From positions 960,001 through 1,024,000 of the forward strand of contig OY781092.1 of the NCBI GenBank assembly GCA_963676615.1: 64,000 bases of DNA, in the 5' to 3' direction. Under the pieces are notes generated by a model. The model did no database searches. It had not been told where the DNA came from and was given only the letters and a program-made list of their open reading frames with translations. How positions within the stretch are numbered: the first letter of the stretch is position 1; the number at the start of each line of letters is the position of its first letter. Origin of the DNA: Candidatus Cloacimonadota bacterium. Its GTDB lineage: Bacteria > Cloacimonadota > Cloacimonadia > G963667145. Both the position numbers and the translations under genes were made by a program. This document shows, piece after piece, positions 18,731 through 29,113 of the stretch.

Positions 18731-20101
18731 CTAAACATCAATTTCGTTCTCTTCTTTTTTATCAAGAGGCAAAATCATATTAGCGATGATAGCAGTAACA
18801 CCACCTGTTGTAATAGGCGAGCTAAAGATGCTTTTGATAACAGTTGGGAAGTGATTCATCACCCCTGGCACCATTTGCACACCCAAGCCAAGTCCAAAAG
18901 AAAGCGCCAAAATCATCACGCCTCTTCTGTCCAAACCGTGCTTGGTGATAATCTTGATACCAGAAGACGCAACCGTTCCAAACATAATCAGAGTAGCTCC
19001 ACCCAAAACTGGTTTAGGCATCACTTGGAAAACTCCACCGATAACTGGGAACAATCCCAAAAGCACCAAAAGACCTGCAATGTAAAGCCCCACATAACGA
19101 GAAGCGATACCAGTCAATTGGATGATACCGTTATTTTGACTGAAAGTAGTGTTAGGGAAAGTGTTAAAAACTGAAGCCAAAGCTGAGTTGAAACCGTCAC
19201 CCAATACACCGTCGCCGATTCTCTTGAGATACAAATCGCCTTCTACAGGCTCGCCAGAAACCATACTTGTCGCAGTAAGGTCACCAGTTGACTCGATAAT
19301 CGTGATGATATAAATCAAACCGATAGTAAGGAAAGCCGAAACATCAAAATTGAAGCCGTATTTGAAAGGAATAGGAATGTTAAAAACTGGCAATTGAGCA
19401 ATAGGACTAAAATCGATTCCCACGGTGAAAAGAGCTGTAAAATATCCTACAGCCAAACCGATAACAATCGACGCCATTCTGAGCATTGGTTGTCTTGAGC
19501 GGTTAAAGATAATCACCGTAAATAAAGTCAAAAACGCCAAACCAAGGCTTTCCATAGATGCAAATTGATCTGGGAAGTGATCTTTGATATACTGTCCACC
19601 AGCCATATCGGTAATTCCTACTTGAATAAGACTAAGACCGATAAGAGTCACCACGATACCAGAAACCAGCGGCGTAATCACTGTCCGCAAACGGTGAATA
19701 AACCGACTACCGATCATCTCGATAAACGATCCGAAGAAACAAGCCGTAAAGATTGTAGCAAGAACGAGCTCTACGCCACCACCTTGACCTTTAATCGCAA
19801 AACCTGCGCCCAAAATCGGACCCAAGAAAGCGAAGCTAGTTCCCTGAATACTCAAAAGTCCAGAACCAATAGGTCCAAACTTTTTCACCTGAATGAATGT
19901 GGCAAGACCAGAGACGATAAGCGCCATTCCAATAAGATACGGAACCTCGCTGCCCAGACCAAGCACACTGCCGATGATAATCGTTGGAGTAATAATAGCC
20001 ACGAATACACCCAGCAGGTGCTGAAAAGCAGCCAAAAGAGCTGTAACCGGCGCAGGCCTATCATTCAATCCAAACACCAAATCGGTATTTTTGTTTTCCA
20101 T
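18731..20101 (-). CDS. NCS2/NAT xanthine-uric acid permease (XanP/XanQ-like)
   Basis: QH motif in TM1; NAT signature TTFSQNNGIIQLTG. Confidence 0.92.
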   Translation of the reverse strand: MENKNTDLVFGLNDRPAPVTALLAAFQHLLGVFVAIITPTIIIGSVLGLGSEVPYLIGMALIVSGLATFIQVKKFGPIGSGLLSIQGTSFAFLGPILGAGFAIKGQGGGVELVLATIFTACFFGSFIEMIGSRFIHRLRTVITPLVSGIVVTLIGLSLIQVGITDMAGGQYIKDHFPDQFASMESLGLAFLTLFTVIIFNRSRQPMLRMASIVIGLAVGYFTALFTVGIDFSPIAQLPVFNIPIPFKYGFNFDVSAFLTIGLIYIITIIESTGDLTATSMVSGEPVEGDLYLKRIGDGVLGDGFNSALASVFNTFPNTTFSQNNGIIQLTGIASRYVGLYIAGLLVLLGLFPVIGGVFQVMPKPVLGGATLIMFGTVASSGIKIITKHGLDRRGVMILALSFGLGLGVQMVPGVMNHFPTVIKSIFSSPITTGGVTAIIANMILPLDKKEENEIDV

Positions 20102-20384
20102 TCCCCCTCCTTATTTTTATGTGGAATAAATTATGATACCACGATTGGACATAAACCAAAATCTAGTCAAATAATTTATGCAAAAAATACGCCACACGCA
20201 CTGGCAATCTCCCGCTAACTGTTTAATAATTCAACCAACTAGCACAAAATCCAACAAAATCAAGCGCGAGAGTTATTTTTGGCAAACTATCCCGTAAACC
20301 TTCGGATTTCTTCTGGCGGCAAAAAACCCTTGACTCCTATATGAATAAATAAAAAATAGCTAAAAAAATAAGAGAAGGACGGTT

Positions 20385-21140
20385 ATGAAGATAGTATCAG
20401 TCGTCAATCAAAAAGGTGGAGTGGGCAAAACCACAACTTCGGTAAACCTGTCGGCAGCTTTGGGCGTCTATGAAAAAAAGACTTTGCTTATCGATTTCGA
20501 CCCGCAAGGCAACTCCACTTCTGGCATCGGCATAAACAAAGACAAGGTCAACAGCCAAGTTTACAAAATGCTAATCGGCGAAAAAAGCATCAAATCTTGC
20601 ATCGTCAAATCCAACTACAAAAAATTGGATGTCGTCCCCGCTGACATAAACCTCACTGGAGCCGAAATCGAACTGGTCAAAGAGTATGCACGCGAGCAAA
20701 AGCTAAAAAACGCTCTAGCTCCGATTTTGGACGACTACGAATACATCATCATCGACTGCCCGCCATCGCTTGGACTGCTGACAATAAACGCCCTGACGGC
20801 TAGCACTCATGTAATTTTGCCCATTCAGTGCGAATACTACGCCCTGGAAGGCGTGAGCCAATTGCTAAACACAATTCGCCTGATCCAAAGCAACTTAAAC
20901 CCCAAGCTCGATATTTTGGGCGTGCTCCTGACGATGTATGACAAACGGCTCAACCTGTGCCAGCAAGTCGAAGAAGATGTCAAAAATTATTTCGGCGACA
21001 AAGTTTTCAAATCTTGCATCCACCGCAATGTGAAGCTCAGCGAAGCTCCCAGTTTTGGCAAAACCATCTTCGACTACGAAATCACCTCGCGCGGCGCACA
21101 AGACTATCTGAACTTGGTAAAAGAGGTCGCATCCAGATGA
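20385..21140 (+). CDS. parA: Chromosome partitioning ATPase ParA/Soj
   Basis: NQKGGVGKTT, DPQGN, DCPPSLG, QCEYYALEG. Confidence 0.95.
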   Translation: MKIVSVVNQKGGVGKTTTSVNLSAALGVYEKKTLLIDFDPQGNSTSGIGINKDKVNSQVYKMLIGEKSIKSCIVKSNYKKLDVVPADINLTGAEIELVKEYAREQKLKNALAPILDDYEYIIIDCPPSLGLLTINALTASTHVILPIQCEYYALEGVSQLLNTIRLIQSNLNPKLDILGVLLTMYDKRLNLCQQVEEDVKNYFGDKVFKSCIHRNVKLSEAPSFGKTIFDYEITSRGAQDYLNLVKEVASR

Positions 21141-21997
21141 AAAAAAAACTCGGACGCGGACTAGAAGCGCTCATCAAGCCCGTCGATTTCAAACCAGTTG
21201 ACGAAAAACAAAGCGATACGAAAAGCGAAAATTTCGTAAACGAAGTCCAGACAAAACTGATTTTTCCCAACCGTTATCAGCCTCGGCGACATTTTGATTT
21301 GGAAAAATTGGCTGAACTGCGCGATTCGATTCTCGAAAACGGCATTATTCAACCGCTGATTGTTACCCAGCAAGACGACGAGCATTACGAGCTAATCGCC
21401 GGAGAACGCCGCCTGCAAGCCGCAAAATTGGCTAAGCTGGAAAAGGTGCCAGTCGTTGTGCGAGAGGCGACCAGCCAACAGATGCTGCAACTGGCGATTA
21501 TCGAAAATGTGCAGCGCGAAAACCTCAACCCTATCGAAGAGGCGGAGAGCTATCAGCGCCTGCGCCAAGAGTTCAACTATACTCACGGCGAAATCGCCAC
21601 CGCAATGGGCAAAGACCGCACCACTATCTCCAACTTTTTGCGACTTTTGAGTCTGGAAAATTCCATCAAACAGTTGCTCGTCAAAAACAAAATCAGTATG
21701 GGACACGCCAAAGTTATTATGCAAGCGGAGCCCGAACAGCGAGAAAAAATTGCGCAAACGATTGCCGAAAAAGGTCTCTCGGTGCGTGCCAGCGAATCTT
21801 TGGTAAAATCTTCTGCCACCGTCGCCAAAAACAAGCAAGCCAAAATAGATTTTTCACAAATGGAACAAACGCTGAAAAACAAATACAAAGTTTCCGTGAA
21901 AATACAAGGAACAAGCAGCAAGGGCAAAGTCGTCCTTTCTTATCAGTCGAAAAATCAAAAAGAAGAGCTCCTAAAACTTCTCGCCGATGAAAAATAA
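21137..21997 (+). CDS. parB: ParB/Spo0J
   Basis: LGRGLEALI, QPRRHF, GERR, ENVQRENLNPIEEA; ATGA overlap with parA. Confidence 0.95.
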   Translation: MKKKLGRGLEALIKPVDFKPVDEKQSDTKSENFVNEVQTKLIFPNRYQPRRHFDLEKLAELRDSILENGIIQPLIVTQQDDEHYELIAGERRLQAAKLAKLEKVPVVVREATSQQMLQLAIIENVQRENLNPIEEAESYQRLRQEFNYTHGEIATAMGKDRTTISNFLRLLSLENSIKQLLVKNKISMGHAKVIMQAEPEQREKIAQTIAEKGLSVRASESLVKSSATVAKNKQAKIDFSQMEQTLKNKYKVSVKIQGTSSKGKVVLSYQSKNQKEELLKLLADEK

Positions 21998-22640
21998 GCA
22001 CTTTGGCATAATTCTCTTCATTTTGATGCTCACTTTTTTGCTGGCCAGTTTTTTTTTGAACTACCATTTGATGAATAGGCTGGAAAAAAGCTCGCAAAAA
22101 ATCAACACTCTTACCAAAAAGCTGGATTCGTATCAGCAAAACTTATTGCAAAACAAAGACTTAAACAACAATCTGAAGCTGGAAAAATTGCGTTTGGCGC
22201 TGGAAAATTATCTGACAGAAAAACCGAAACCCAAAAAATACAAAGGCGAAAATCTGAGCAATCCCCAAAATTTTTATCCCGATATTTTACCTGTAAAAAA
22301 GCCGTTTCGGATCAGCAAAAAATTTAGCGAAAATCACCAAGGGCTAGATTTTGCGGGAAAAAAAGGCTCTCCTGTGCTGGCTAGCGCTGCGGGAATGATC
22401 GAAAAAACTAGCGACGAGACATATTTTGGCAAGTCGATTGTCGTCAATCACCTGAACGGCTTCAAGACGGTTTATGCACACCTGGACTCGATTATTCCAT
22501 CAAAAAACACATTTGTGCAAAAAAATGAGCAAATCGGCACACTGGGAAATTCGGGATACAGCACCAGCCCGCATCTGCACTACGAAATCTGGCAACACGA
22601 AAAAAAAGAAAATCCACAAAATTTTATAAAAGACAATTAA
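21987..22640 (+). CDS. Membrane-anchored M23 metallopeptidase
   Basis: N-terminal TM plus coiled coil; HQGLD (HxxxD), YAHL, PHLHYE (HxH). Confidence 0.9.
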   Translation: MKNKHFGIILFILMLTFLLASFFLNYHLMNRLEKSSQKINTLTKKLDSYQQNLLQNKDLNNNLKLEKLRLALENYLTEKPKPKKYKGENLSNPQNFYPDILPVKKPFRISKKFSENHQGLDFAGKKGSPVLASAAGMIEKTSDETYFGKSIVVNHLNGFKTVYAHLDSIIPSKNTFVQKNEQIGTLGNSGYSTSPHLHYEIWQHEKKENPQNFIKDN

Positions 22641-22653
22641 GGAGCAAACTGTT

Positions 22654-23007
22654 ATGATAAAAGAAAAAAATCGGGAAATTGAAGTTTCTTCCATCATCGG
22701 CAAAGACCTGAAAATCAACGGCGACATCAGCGGCGAGAACGGTATCAAAATCGATGGCGATGTCTGCGGCAATATCGTCGGCAAATCTTTGATTTCCATC
22801 ACCACCAGCGGGAAAGTTGAGGGCAACATCGACTGCCACAACTGCATCATCGCTGGCATCGTAAACGGCGGCGTCAACTGCAAAAACACCATCGAAATCA
22901 AAAAAAGCGCCAAAATCACTGGCGACATCAAAGCCATCACCTTGATTGTAGAGCCAGGAGCGACCCTCAACGGCAACTGCACGATGGGCAAAGATGTCAT
23001 CGAGTAA
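22654..23007 (+). CDS. Bactofilin (polymer-forming cytoskeletal protein)
   Basis: IIGKDLKINGDI...IDGDVCGNI...ITGDI..GATLNGNC beta-helix repeats. Confidence 0.9.
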   Translation: MIKEKNREIEVSSIIGKDLKINGDISGENGIKIDGDVCGNIVGKSLISITTSGKVEGNIDCHNCIIAGIVNGGVNCKNTIEIKKSAKITGDIKAITLIVEPGATLNGNCTMGKDVIE

Positions 23008-23365
23008 AAAACATTTCATCTACTTGGGCAAAGTCTGCCTGCTGAGCGTAGTGCTGGCTTGCCCGGGAATGCTCTTGCCCTCTGGATTCAGCCTTTTTTT
23101 GGGACTAATAGGAGGGTTATTTTTTTTGCTGGCAATGGGAGTGAGCACAATCATCGCCATCTCCTCGCGTTTTCGCACCAGCAAAGCCGTCCTCATCGGC
23201 TTCGGCGCCCGCTTTTTGTTCGTCGCCCTCTACAGCTACCTGCTCTTTACGCACCTCAAATTGCAAGTCATCGCCTATGGCCTCGGGCTTTTTTTGCCAA
23301 TCGTCAGCCTCTACATCTACGAAGCCTACCTCTTTTGGTTACACCACAACCAGAAAAAATCTTAG
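22994..23365 (+). CDS. Four-TM membrane protein (possibly AtpI-like)
   Basis: Four hydrophobic segments, GFGARF motif; overlaps the bactofilin stop. Confidence 0.6.
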   Translation: MSSSKKHFIYLGKVCLLSVVLACPGMLLPSGFSLFLGLIGGLFFLLAMGVSTIIAISSRFRTSKAVLIGFGARFLFVALYSYLLFTHLKLQVIAYGLGLFLPIVSLYIYEAYLFWLHHNQKKS

Positions 23366-23405
23366 CTCGATAATTTCGCAACAAGCAAAACACACACAAA
23401 ATTTT

Positions 23406-24326
23406 ATGCAAATCCAAACTCTTTGCCAAAACACCACTTGGCTCGCACCGCTTGCGGGATTCACCGATTTGCCCTATCGCCAAATCGCCAAAGAAAACGG
23501 CGTCGGCGTGCTAACCACCGAAATGGTCAGCGCCGCGGGACTCACCTACAACCCCGCAGCCAGCTTGCCCTATGCGGACACAAAAAACGATAAATCTCCC
23601 ATCGGAATCCAGCTCTTCGGCACTGAGCCAGACCATTTCCAAAAAGCCATTTCGATTTTGCCAAAAACAGATTTTTTGTGCATCAATATGGGATGCCCCG
23701 TGAAAAAAGTGGTCAAAACTGGCGCAGGCTCGGCTCTTATGGACACTCCCGAACTCGCAGCCGAAATCGTTCAGCGCTGCAAAAAACACCTGCCAAAAAA
23801 CACTCCGCTGGTGGTCAAATTTCGCACGGGATTTTCCTCGGAAAACTTTCTGAATTTCGGGCTGCAGATGCAAGAAGCTGGAGCCGACATCCTGATTTTG
23901 CACCCTCGCACCAAAGCGCAGATGTTCACAGGTCACAGCAATTGGTCGCAAATCAAGACGCTGAAAAAAAAATGCCAAGTGCCCGTAATCGGCAACGGCG
24001 ATATTTTTTGCCAAGCTGACATCAAAAAAATGCAAGACGAAACCGCTTGCGACGGCGTGATGATTGGGCGAGGCGCTATCGGCAATCCTTGGATTTTTTC
24101 GGGAAAATCGTCCACAAAAAGCGAAAAACTGGCGACGATTAAAAGGCACTATCATCTCGCGATAGCTCATTATGGGCAAGAAAAAGGCGTCCGCACAATG
24201 CGAGCGCATATCGGCAAATACACCAAAAATCTGCAAGGCGGCAACAAAGCCCGCCAAGCTATCAACGCTCTTATGAATTTGGAAGAGATTTTTTCGGTGC
24301 TGGACGAACTTTTTTTATCCTCTTAA
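23406..24326 (+). CDS. dusB: tRNA-dihydrouridine synthase
   Basis: LAPLAGFTD, QLFG, NMGCP, HPRT, IGNGDI, MIGRGAIGNPW. Confidence 0.9.
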   Translation: MQIQTLCQNTTWLAPLAGFTDLPYRQIAKENGVGVLTTEMVSAAGLTYNPAASLPYADTKNDKSPIGIQLFGTEPDHFQKAISILPKTDFLCINMGCPVKKVVKTGAGSALMDTPELAAEIVQRCKKHLPKNTPLVVKFRTGFSSENFLNFGLQMQEAGADILILHPRTKAQMFTGHSNWSQIKTLKKKCQVPVIGNGDIFCQADIKKMQDETACDGVMIGRGAIGNPWIFSGKSSTKSEKLATIKRHYHLAIAHYGQEKGVRTMRAHIGKYTKNLQGGNKARQAINALMNLEEIFSVLDELFLSS

Positions 24327-24505
24327 TCGGGGAAATTTTCTGCTTTTTGAACACCAAAATAGGGACTTATATTTTGCACGAAAAATGGTGACTGGCTTTT
24401 GCTCTTCTTCCCTCATTCCACCAAAAGAGGGAATCCATCTCTAACACAATTCTGAAAAATGAAGTCAGGCGGCTACTTTTAACTTTTACCTAATAACTAA
24501 TAACT

Positions 24506-24559
24506 GTCTGACACCAAAATAGAGGCTTATCATTTATTGCTTATATTTTGGTGTCAGAC
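24506..24559. repeat. Perfect 16-bp inverted repeat with a partial third copy at 24351
   Basis: GTCTGACACCAAAATA (24506-24521) / TATTTTGGTGTCAGAC (24544-24559); ACACCAAAATAG recurs at 24351. Confidence 0.8.
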
Positions 24560-25653
24560 TAAACTTCCGCCCTGCTGGCGAACCAAAGCCCAATAAAAGT
24601 AAACAAAATATTCGGTCCCCAAGCAGCCCAAAAAGGCGAAAGAACGCCAGTATAACCAAGATTTTGGCTAACTCGCAAAGCCGCCAAATAAACAAAACAA
24701 ACCACCAAGCCGACCAAAAACACAACGCTTCTAGTTTTGCTACGAACAGAAGCTGACGCCATGGGAACGCTAAAAAACAAAATAATAAAATTCGCAAACG
24801 GGAAAGCCAATTTCGTCGCCAAATCGACACGCTCTTCCAAAGATTTTTCGCCCACTTTCTCCTGCCGCTGAATATACTCATTTAGCTCCGAATAGCTCAT
24901 CGCCAGCGGATCTTTGGAAGATTTAACAAAATCGATCGGCTTCACATCCACAATCGGAATAACTTTTTTGTCCTTGAAATACTCCACCTCCGTGGGCATT
25001 CCGTCCTCAAATTTGCGGATATAGCACTTTTTAAAAAGCCACTTATCTCCTTCCCAAACAGCCGATTGCGCCGATATCGTTTGCAGCAAACCGCCCGTTT
25101 TGGGGTCGTATTGCACAATGTCGATATTGTAGAGCTTTTTGCTATAGCCGTCAAAAAAACCGATATTAAAAAACAGGTCGTTCTCGCCTTTATAGTTAAT
25201 GTTGGCGCGGCGCTTGATGTCTTCCATCTTTTCGCCCCGAATTTTGACAATATAAGTGTGCTCGCGCAGCTGAATCGCTTTTGGCAAAACGGCTTCGCCG
25301 ACCCACATCACAAAAAAACTATAAAAAAATCCAAAAATAAAAATGGGCAAAACCATCCGCGCGATGCTGCGTCCAGAAGCCCGAACAGCGATCGACTCGT
25401 TAAATTTCGAGAGCTTATTCATCAAAAACAAACTCGCCAAAAGCACCGCCACAGGCGATGTGAGGATAAAAAGATACGGCATATTGTAGAGAAAATACGA
25501 AAGCGAATCGTAGAGCGTCGCCCCATATTTCATAAACCTCGTCAGGCGGTCAAAAATGCTAATCACCACAAAAAGCACCGAAAAAGACAAACTAATCAGC
25601 ACAAAATTTTTAATGTAAGAGCCCAAAATGTAGCGGTCTAAAATCTTTATCAA
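24559..25653 (-). CDS. lptG: LPS export permease LptG
   Basis: ILDRYI, NESIAVRASG, periplasmic beta domain, 3+3 TM layout. Confidence 0.88.
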   Translation of the reverse strand: MIKILDRYILGSYIKNFVLISLSFSVLFVVISIFDRLTRFMKYGATLYDSLSYFLYNMPYLFILTSPVAVLLASLFLMNKLSKFNESIAVRASGRSIARMVLPIFIFGFFYSFFVMWVGEAVLPKAIQLREHTYIVKIRGEKMEDIKRRANINYKGENDLFFNIGFFDGYSKKLYNIDIVQYDPKTGGLLQTISAQSAVWEGDKWLFKKCYIRKFEDGMPTEVEYFKDKKVIPIVDVKPIDFVKSSKDPLAMSYSELNEYIQRQEKVGEKSLEERVDLATKLAFPFANFIILFFSVPMASASVRSKTRSVVFLVGLVVCFVYLAALRVSQNLGYTGVLSPFWAAWGPNILFTFIGLWFASRAEV

Positions 25654-26951
25654 ATTTGGCTTCCTTTTGATTTTACTATTTTTTGGAAAAATTTGCGAAC
25701 CTTAAAGCGCACAGAATCGAAAGCGTTGGTGTCGCGTCGAGATTTCCAGGTGAGGAAAATTCCCAAAATAATCAGCACAATATTCGACAGCCACATCGCC
25801 AGCCACGGCGCAACATAGCCGCGGTCTGCCAGTTCTTCGCCTCCCAAAAGCATCGAATGATACAGCACGAATACGACCATACTAAAGCCAAAAGCCGCGC
25901 CAACTCCGCTGCTTTTCGCCATCAAACCCACTGGCACTCCCAAAAACAAAAACACGATGCAAGCAAAAGCCAAAGCGTTCTTCTTGTGAATTTCCACCCA
26001 ATAAGCGTAATTATACTCCCGATGCTTGCGAGACTTACTCTCTTGCTGCAACATCTTGGTCGTCGTGGCATCATACGCTCTGCCATGCTCCATTTTTTCC
26101 AATTTTTGATGATAAATCTCCCGCAGAGAGTCAGCCGTGAGGATAATCTTGGCATTCTCGCCAATTTTTTGCATCATCACTCTCGTGTTCATCTCCCTAT
26201 CGCTGAGCGTGTGCCGCAAATTACTATCGCCCGTGCTCCCGAAGATATTAAAGTTGAAAGTTTTGAACTTCACAACTCTGTAAGTGCTTGGATTTTTAAG
26301 GCTTTTCTCGTGAATTTCGCCATCGTAGAGCTTGGCAATCAAATCGTTGCCGTTATTAGCAAGGTCAATTTCGCCATACTTGGCGCTAACTATCTGAAAA
26401 GTCTCTCGTTGCCCCTTGTTGTAGATAATCACATCGCGCAAATACCGCTCGTCCTTTCCGCCAGCGTAAATCACCAAATCGGAGATGTTTTGATTTTTGT
26501 TAAAAACGCCCGTTTTGATATTGCTAATAGGGTTGCGATACGCAATGTGAATGAGTAAATCACGCGAGTTGTAATTGCTGTCGGGCAAAATTATGTGATT
26601 GAAGTAGAGCATCCCGCACGAAAAAAGTATCACCAAAAGGTAAAGCGGACGAAGCAATCGGTAAACGCTTATTCCACAAGACTTTATCGCCGTTAGTTCA
26701 TTATCGATGGAAAGCTTGCCGAAAGTCATTATCGACGCAAACAAAATCGCCATTGGAATAGTGAGCGCCACCATTGCCGGCAGATTGTAGCCAAACAAGC
26801 TCAACACCGTCATAAACGAGAGTTTTTTTTGAATAATCAGGCTGAGTTTGCTGATAATCATATCGATAAGGAAGAGCGATGTGAACACGCCAAGCGCACC
26901 AATAAACGGCTTAAACGACTCCTTAAGCAGATATCTTTCCAGTATTTTCAT
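25650..26951 (-). CDS. lptF: LPS export permease LptF
   Basis: ILERYL, DNELTAIKSCGIS, EIHKK.ALAFAC. Confidence 0.88.
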   Translation of the reverse strand: MKILERYLLKESFKPFIGALGVFTSLFLIDMIISKLSLIIQKKLSFMTVLSLFGYNLPAMVALTIPMAILFASIMTFGKLSIDNELTAIKSCGISVYRLLRPLYLLVILFSCGMLYFNHIILPDSNYNSRDLLIHIAYRNPISNIKTGVFNKNQNISDLVIYAGGKDERYLRDVIIYNKGQRETFQIVSAKYGEIDLANNGNDLIAKLYDGEIHEKSLKNPSTYRVVKFKTFNFNIFGSTGDSNLRHTLSDREMNTRVMMQKIGENAKIILTADSLREIYHQKLEKMEHGRAYDATTTKMLQQESKSRKHREYNYAYWVEIHKKNALAFACIVFLFLGVPVGLMAKSSGVGAAFGFSMVVFVLYHSMLLGGEELADRGYVAPWLAMWLSNIVLIILGIFLTWKSRRDTNAFDSVRFKVRKFFQKIVKSKGSQI

Positions 26952-26973
26952 CTAAGTTTTTTAAAAAGATTTT

Positions 26974-27744
26974 TTAGTAAGATTTTGCAATTCTAAATCC
27001 GACATTAGATTTTCGCCGCGATGGTCTTGCATAGTTGCGGAAAGCAACTCCCGCTTCTTTTTTGCCAGAAGTAAATCCTCCGCCTCTTATCACTCTATAA
27101 TTTGAGTAGTTTGCGCCCTTAGGATTGTTTGGCATTAGCTTTGCCAATCGATAATAGGTAAGGTCATACCAATCGTTGCACCACTCGTTCACATTGCCTG
27201 TCATATCGTAAATTCCCAAGCTATTCGGAGATTTTTGCCCCACTGGATGCGGCAGAGTGTCGATTATCCAGCCGACATTATCTGCTATCAAACTCCCCGA
27301 ATACTCGTTTCGATTTTTGTCGTTTCCGCCAATAGCCGCCAGCTCCCATTCCGCCTCAGAAGGCAATCTGTAACCAGAAGCGTCGTAGTTGCACTTTATC
27401 ATCTCTCCTTTTTGCAAATCGTAGCACGGAGTCAGCCCCTCTTTTTCGCTCAATTTATTACAAAACAAAACTGCGTCCCACCAACTAACATTAGACACAG
27501 GATAATCGTCGCCATCTACAGGCCAGTCGCGGCGCCCCATTAGGCTATTCCACAATTTTTGCGTCACCTCGTATTTGGAAATGTAAAAACTGTTGACTTT
27601 GACTTTATGCTCTGGGAAAAGATCATCGGTTTGAGCGTTGTCGCCGCGCGTGTAACTATTGCCACGCACCTTCACCATCTGCACTCCCCACAGCAGCGAA
27701 AAACTCACAAAAACCAGCAGAAAAATCAACTTTTTCGTTTTCAT
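26974..27744 (-). CDS. Secreted FGE-sulfatase (SUMF1/EgtB/PvdO) domain protein
   Basis: Signal peptide; KYEVTQ, YRLPSEAEWE, YDMTGNVNEWC, RGG, GFRI. Confidence 0.88.
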   Translation of the reverse strand: MKTKKLIFLLVFVSFSLLWGVQMVKVRGNSYTRGDNAQTDDLFPEHKVKVNSFYISKYEVTQKLWNSLMGRRDWPVDGDDYPVSNVSWWDAVLFCNKLSEKEGLTPCYDLQKGEMIKCNYDASGYRLPSEAEWELAAIGGNDKNRNEYSGSLIADNVGWIIDTLPHPVGQKSPNSLGIYDMTGNVNEWCNDWYDLTYYRLAKLMPNNPKGANYSNYRVIRGGGFTSGKKEAGVAFRNYARPSRRKSNVGFRIAKSY

Positions 27745-27918
27745 AATAAAAATCCCTTTAAAAAAAATTAAATCAACCGTTTACCTTAAAGATGCAAAAA
27801 GCAAAAACTCACAAAATAAAACGCGATTATAAACTCAAATAAGATTGTGGGCTGTCAACCAAAAATTCCAGAATTTCCACTTTACAACTGCAGGAGATTA
27901 GTTTTGTTTGCGATAATT

Positions 27919-28245
27919 ATGAAAAAAGCGTATTATTCTATCGGCGAGGTCTGCAACCTGTTGGAGTTGCCCGATTACACCGTCCGTTATTGGGAGAGCG
28001 AGTTCAAGCAGCTATCGCCCAGCAAGCTCTCTGGACGCAAACGGCAGTTCACCAAAAAAGATATCAAACTCTTGCAAGAGATAAAATATATGCTCCACAC
28101 GCAAGGCTACACCATCAAAGGCGTGAGAAAAATTTTGAACAATCGCAACAAAAAAGAGGACATCAAACAGGAGTTCGACCGAGCAACTGTGAAAAAACAG
28201 ATCCTCAAAGCAATCCAAGAGATTGAAAATATTATAGCTGAATAA
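27919..28245 (+). CDS. MerR-family HTH regulator
   Basis: YYSIGEV...VRYWESEF...GYTIKG. Confidence 0.88.
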   Translation: MKKAYYSIGEVCNLLELPDYTVRYWESEFKQLSPSKLSGRKRQFTKKDIKLLQEIKYMLHTQGYTIKGVRKILNNRNKKEDIKQEFDRATVKKQILKAIQEIENIIAE

Positions 28246-28255
28246 AGGACACAAA

Positions 28256-29113
28256 ATGAAGAAATTAAACCTAGTTTTGCCCAAAGGAAGAATTTTTGAT
28301 CAGGTAAAAGATCTGCTCAGCCAAGCTGGCGTCAAGCTCACCCTCAGCGGCAGAGGACTGCGCCCGGCAACGAACAACGAAGATTTAATCGTTAAGATAA
28401 TGAAGCCGCGCAACATCGCCAATCTGCTGGCTTTGGGCAGGCACGACATCGGCTTTAGCGGGGACGACTGGATTTTGGAATCTGGGGTAACCAACGAGCT
28501 GACCACAATTTTGCCTCTGGGATTCAACCCCGTGAATATCGTGGCAGCGATTCCCGACAATCTAACTCTAGAGGGGCTAAAAAAGCGAAAAATCGTTGTC
28601 GTTTCTGAATACGAAAAAATCGCCAAAAGTTGGCTCGACGACCAAGGTTTCGACTACGAATTACTGACGGTGCACGGCGCAACGGAGGTTTATCCGCCCG
28701 AGGACGCGGATATGATCATAGACAACACCTCGACGGGTAACACACTGCGAGACAATAATTTAAAGATTGTTGCCACGCTTATGCAATCTTCGACAAATTT
28801 CGTTGCCACCAAAAGCGCGATGAACGATTCCTGGAAAAGCGAAAAAATTTTGGAGCTGAAAATGCTGTTTGAGGCTATCCTTTTGGGACGCAACAAATCG
28901 ATGATCGAGATGAATATCCCCCTAGAAAAAAAGGAGATTATCGAAAAATTGCCAGCGCTGAAATCGCCAACCGTGATGCCTTTGGCTGGCAATGCTGGCT
29001 TTGCTGTAAAAATCACCATCGACACGCAAGAGGTCGCCTCGCTTCTACCAAAGCTGAAAAAAATGGGCGCTTGCGACATTTTGGAATACAATCTGAACAA
29101 GGTAATCTTATGA
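28256..29113 (+). CDS. hisG: ATP phosphoribosyltransferase (long form)
   Basis: LPKGR, GATE, DMIID...TGNTL.DNNL, C-terminal regulatory domain. Confidence 0.93.
   Translation: MKKLNLVLPKGRIFDQVKDLLSQAGVKLTLSGRGLRPATNNEDLIVKIMKPRNIANLLALGRHDIGFSGDDWILESGVTNELTTILPLGFNPVNIVAAIPDNLTLEGLKKRKIVVVSEYEKIAKSWLDDQGFDYELLTVHGATEVYPPEDADMIIDNTSTGNTLRDNNLKIVATLMQSSTNFVATKSAMNDSWKSEKILELKMLFEAILLGRNKSMIEMNIPLEKKEIIEKLPALKSPTVMPLAGNAGFAVKITIDTQEVASLLPKLKKMGACDILEYNLNKVIL

Noticed and set aside
20102..20384. Purine riboswitch upstream of the NCS2 permease
   Set aside because: No purine aptamer core (TTTCTACC / CCGTAAA in the right orientation and spacing) on the coding strand.
20100..22000. oriC or parS near parAB
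   Set aside because: No DnaA-box cluster, no dnaA, and no parS-like 16-bp palindrome seen.
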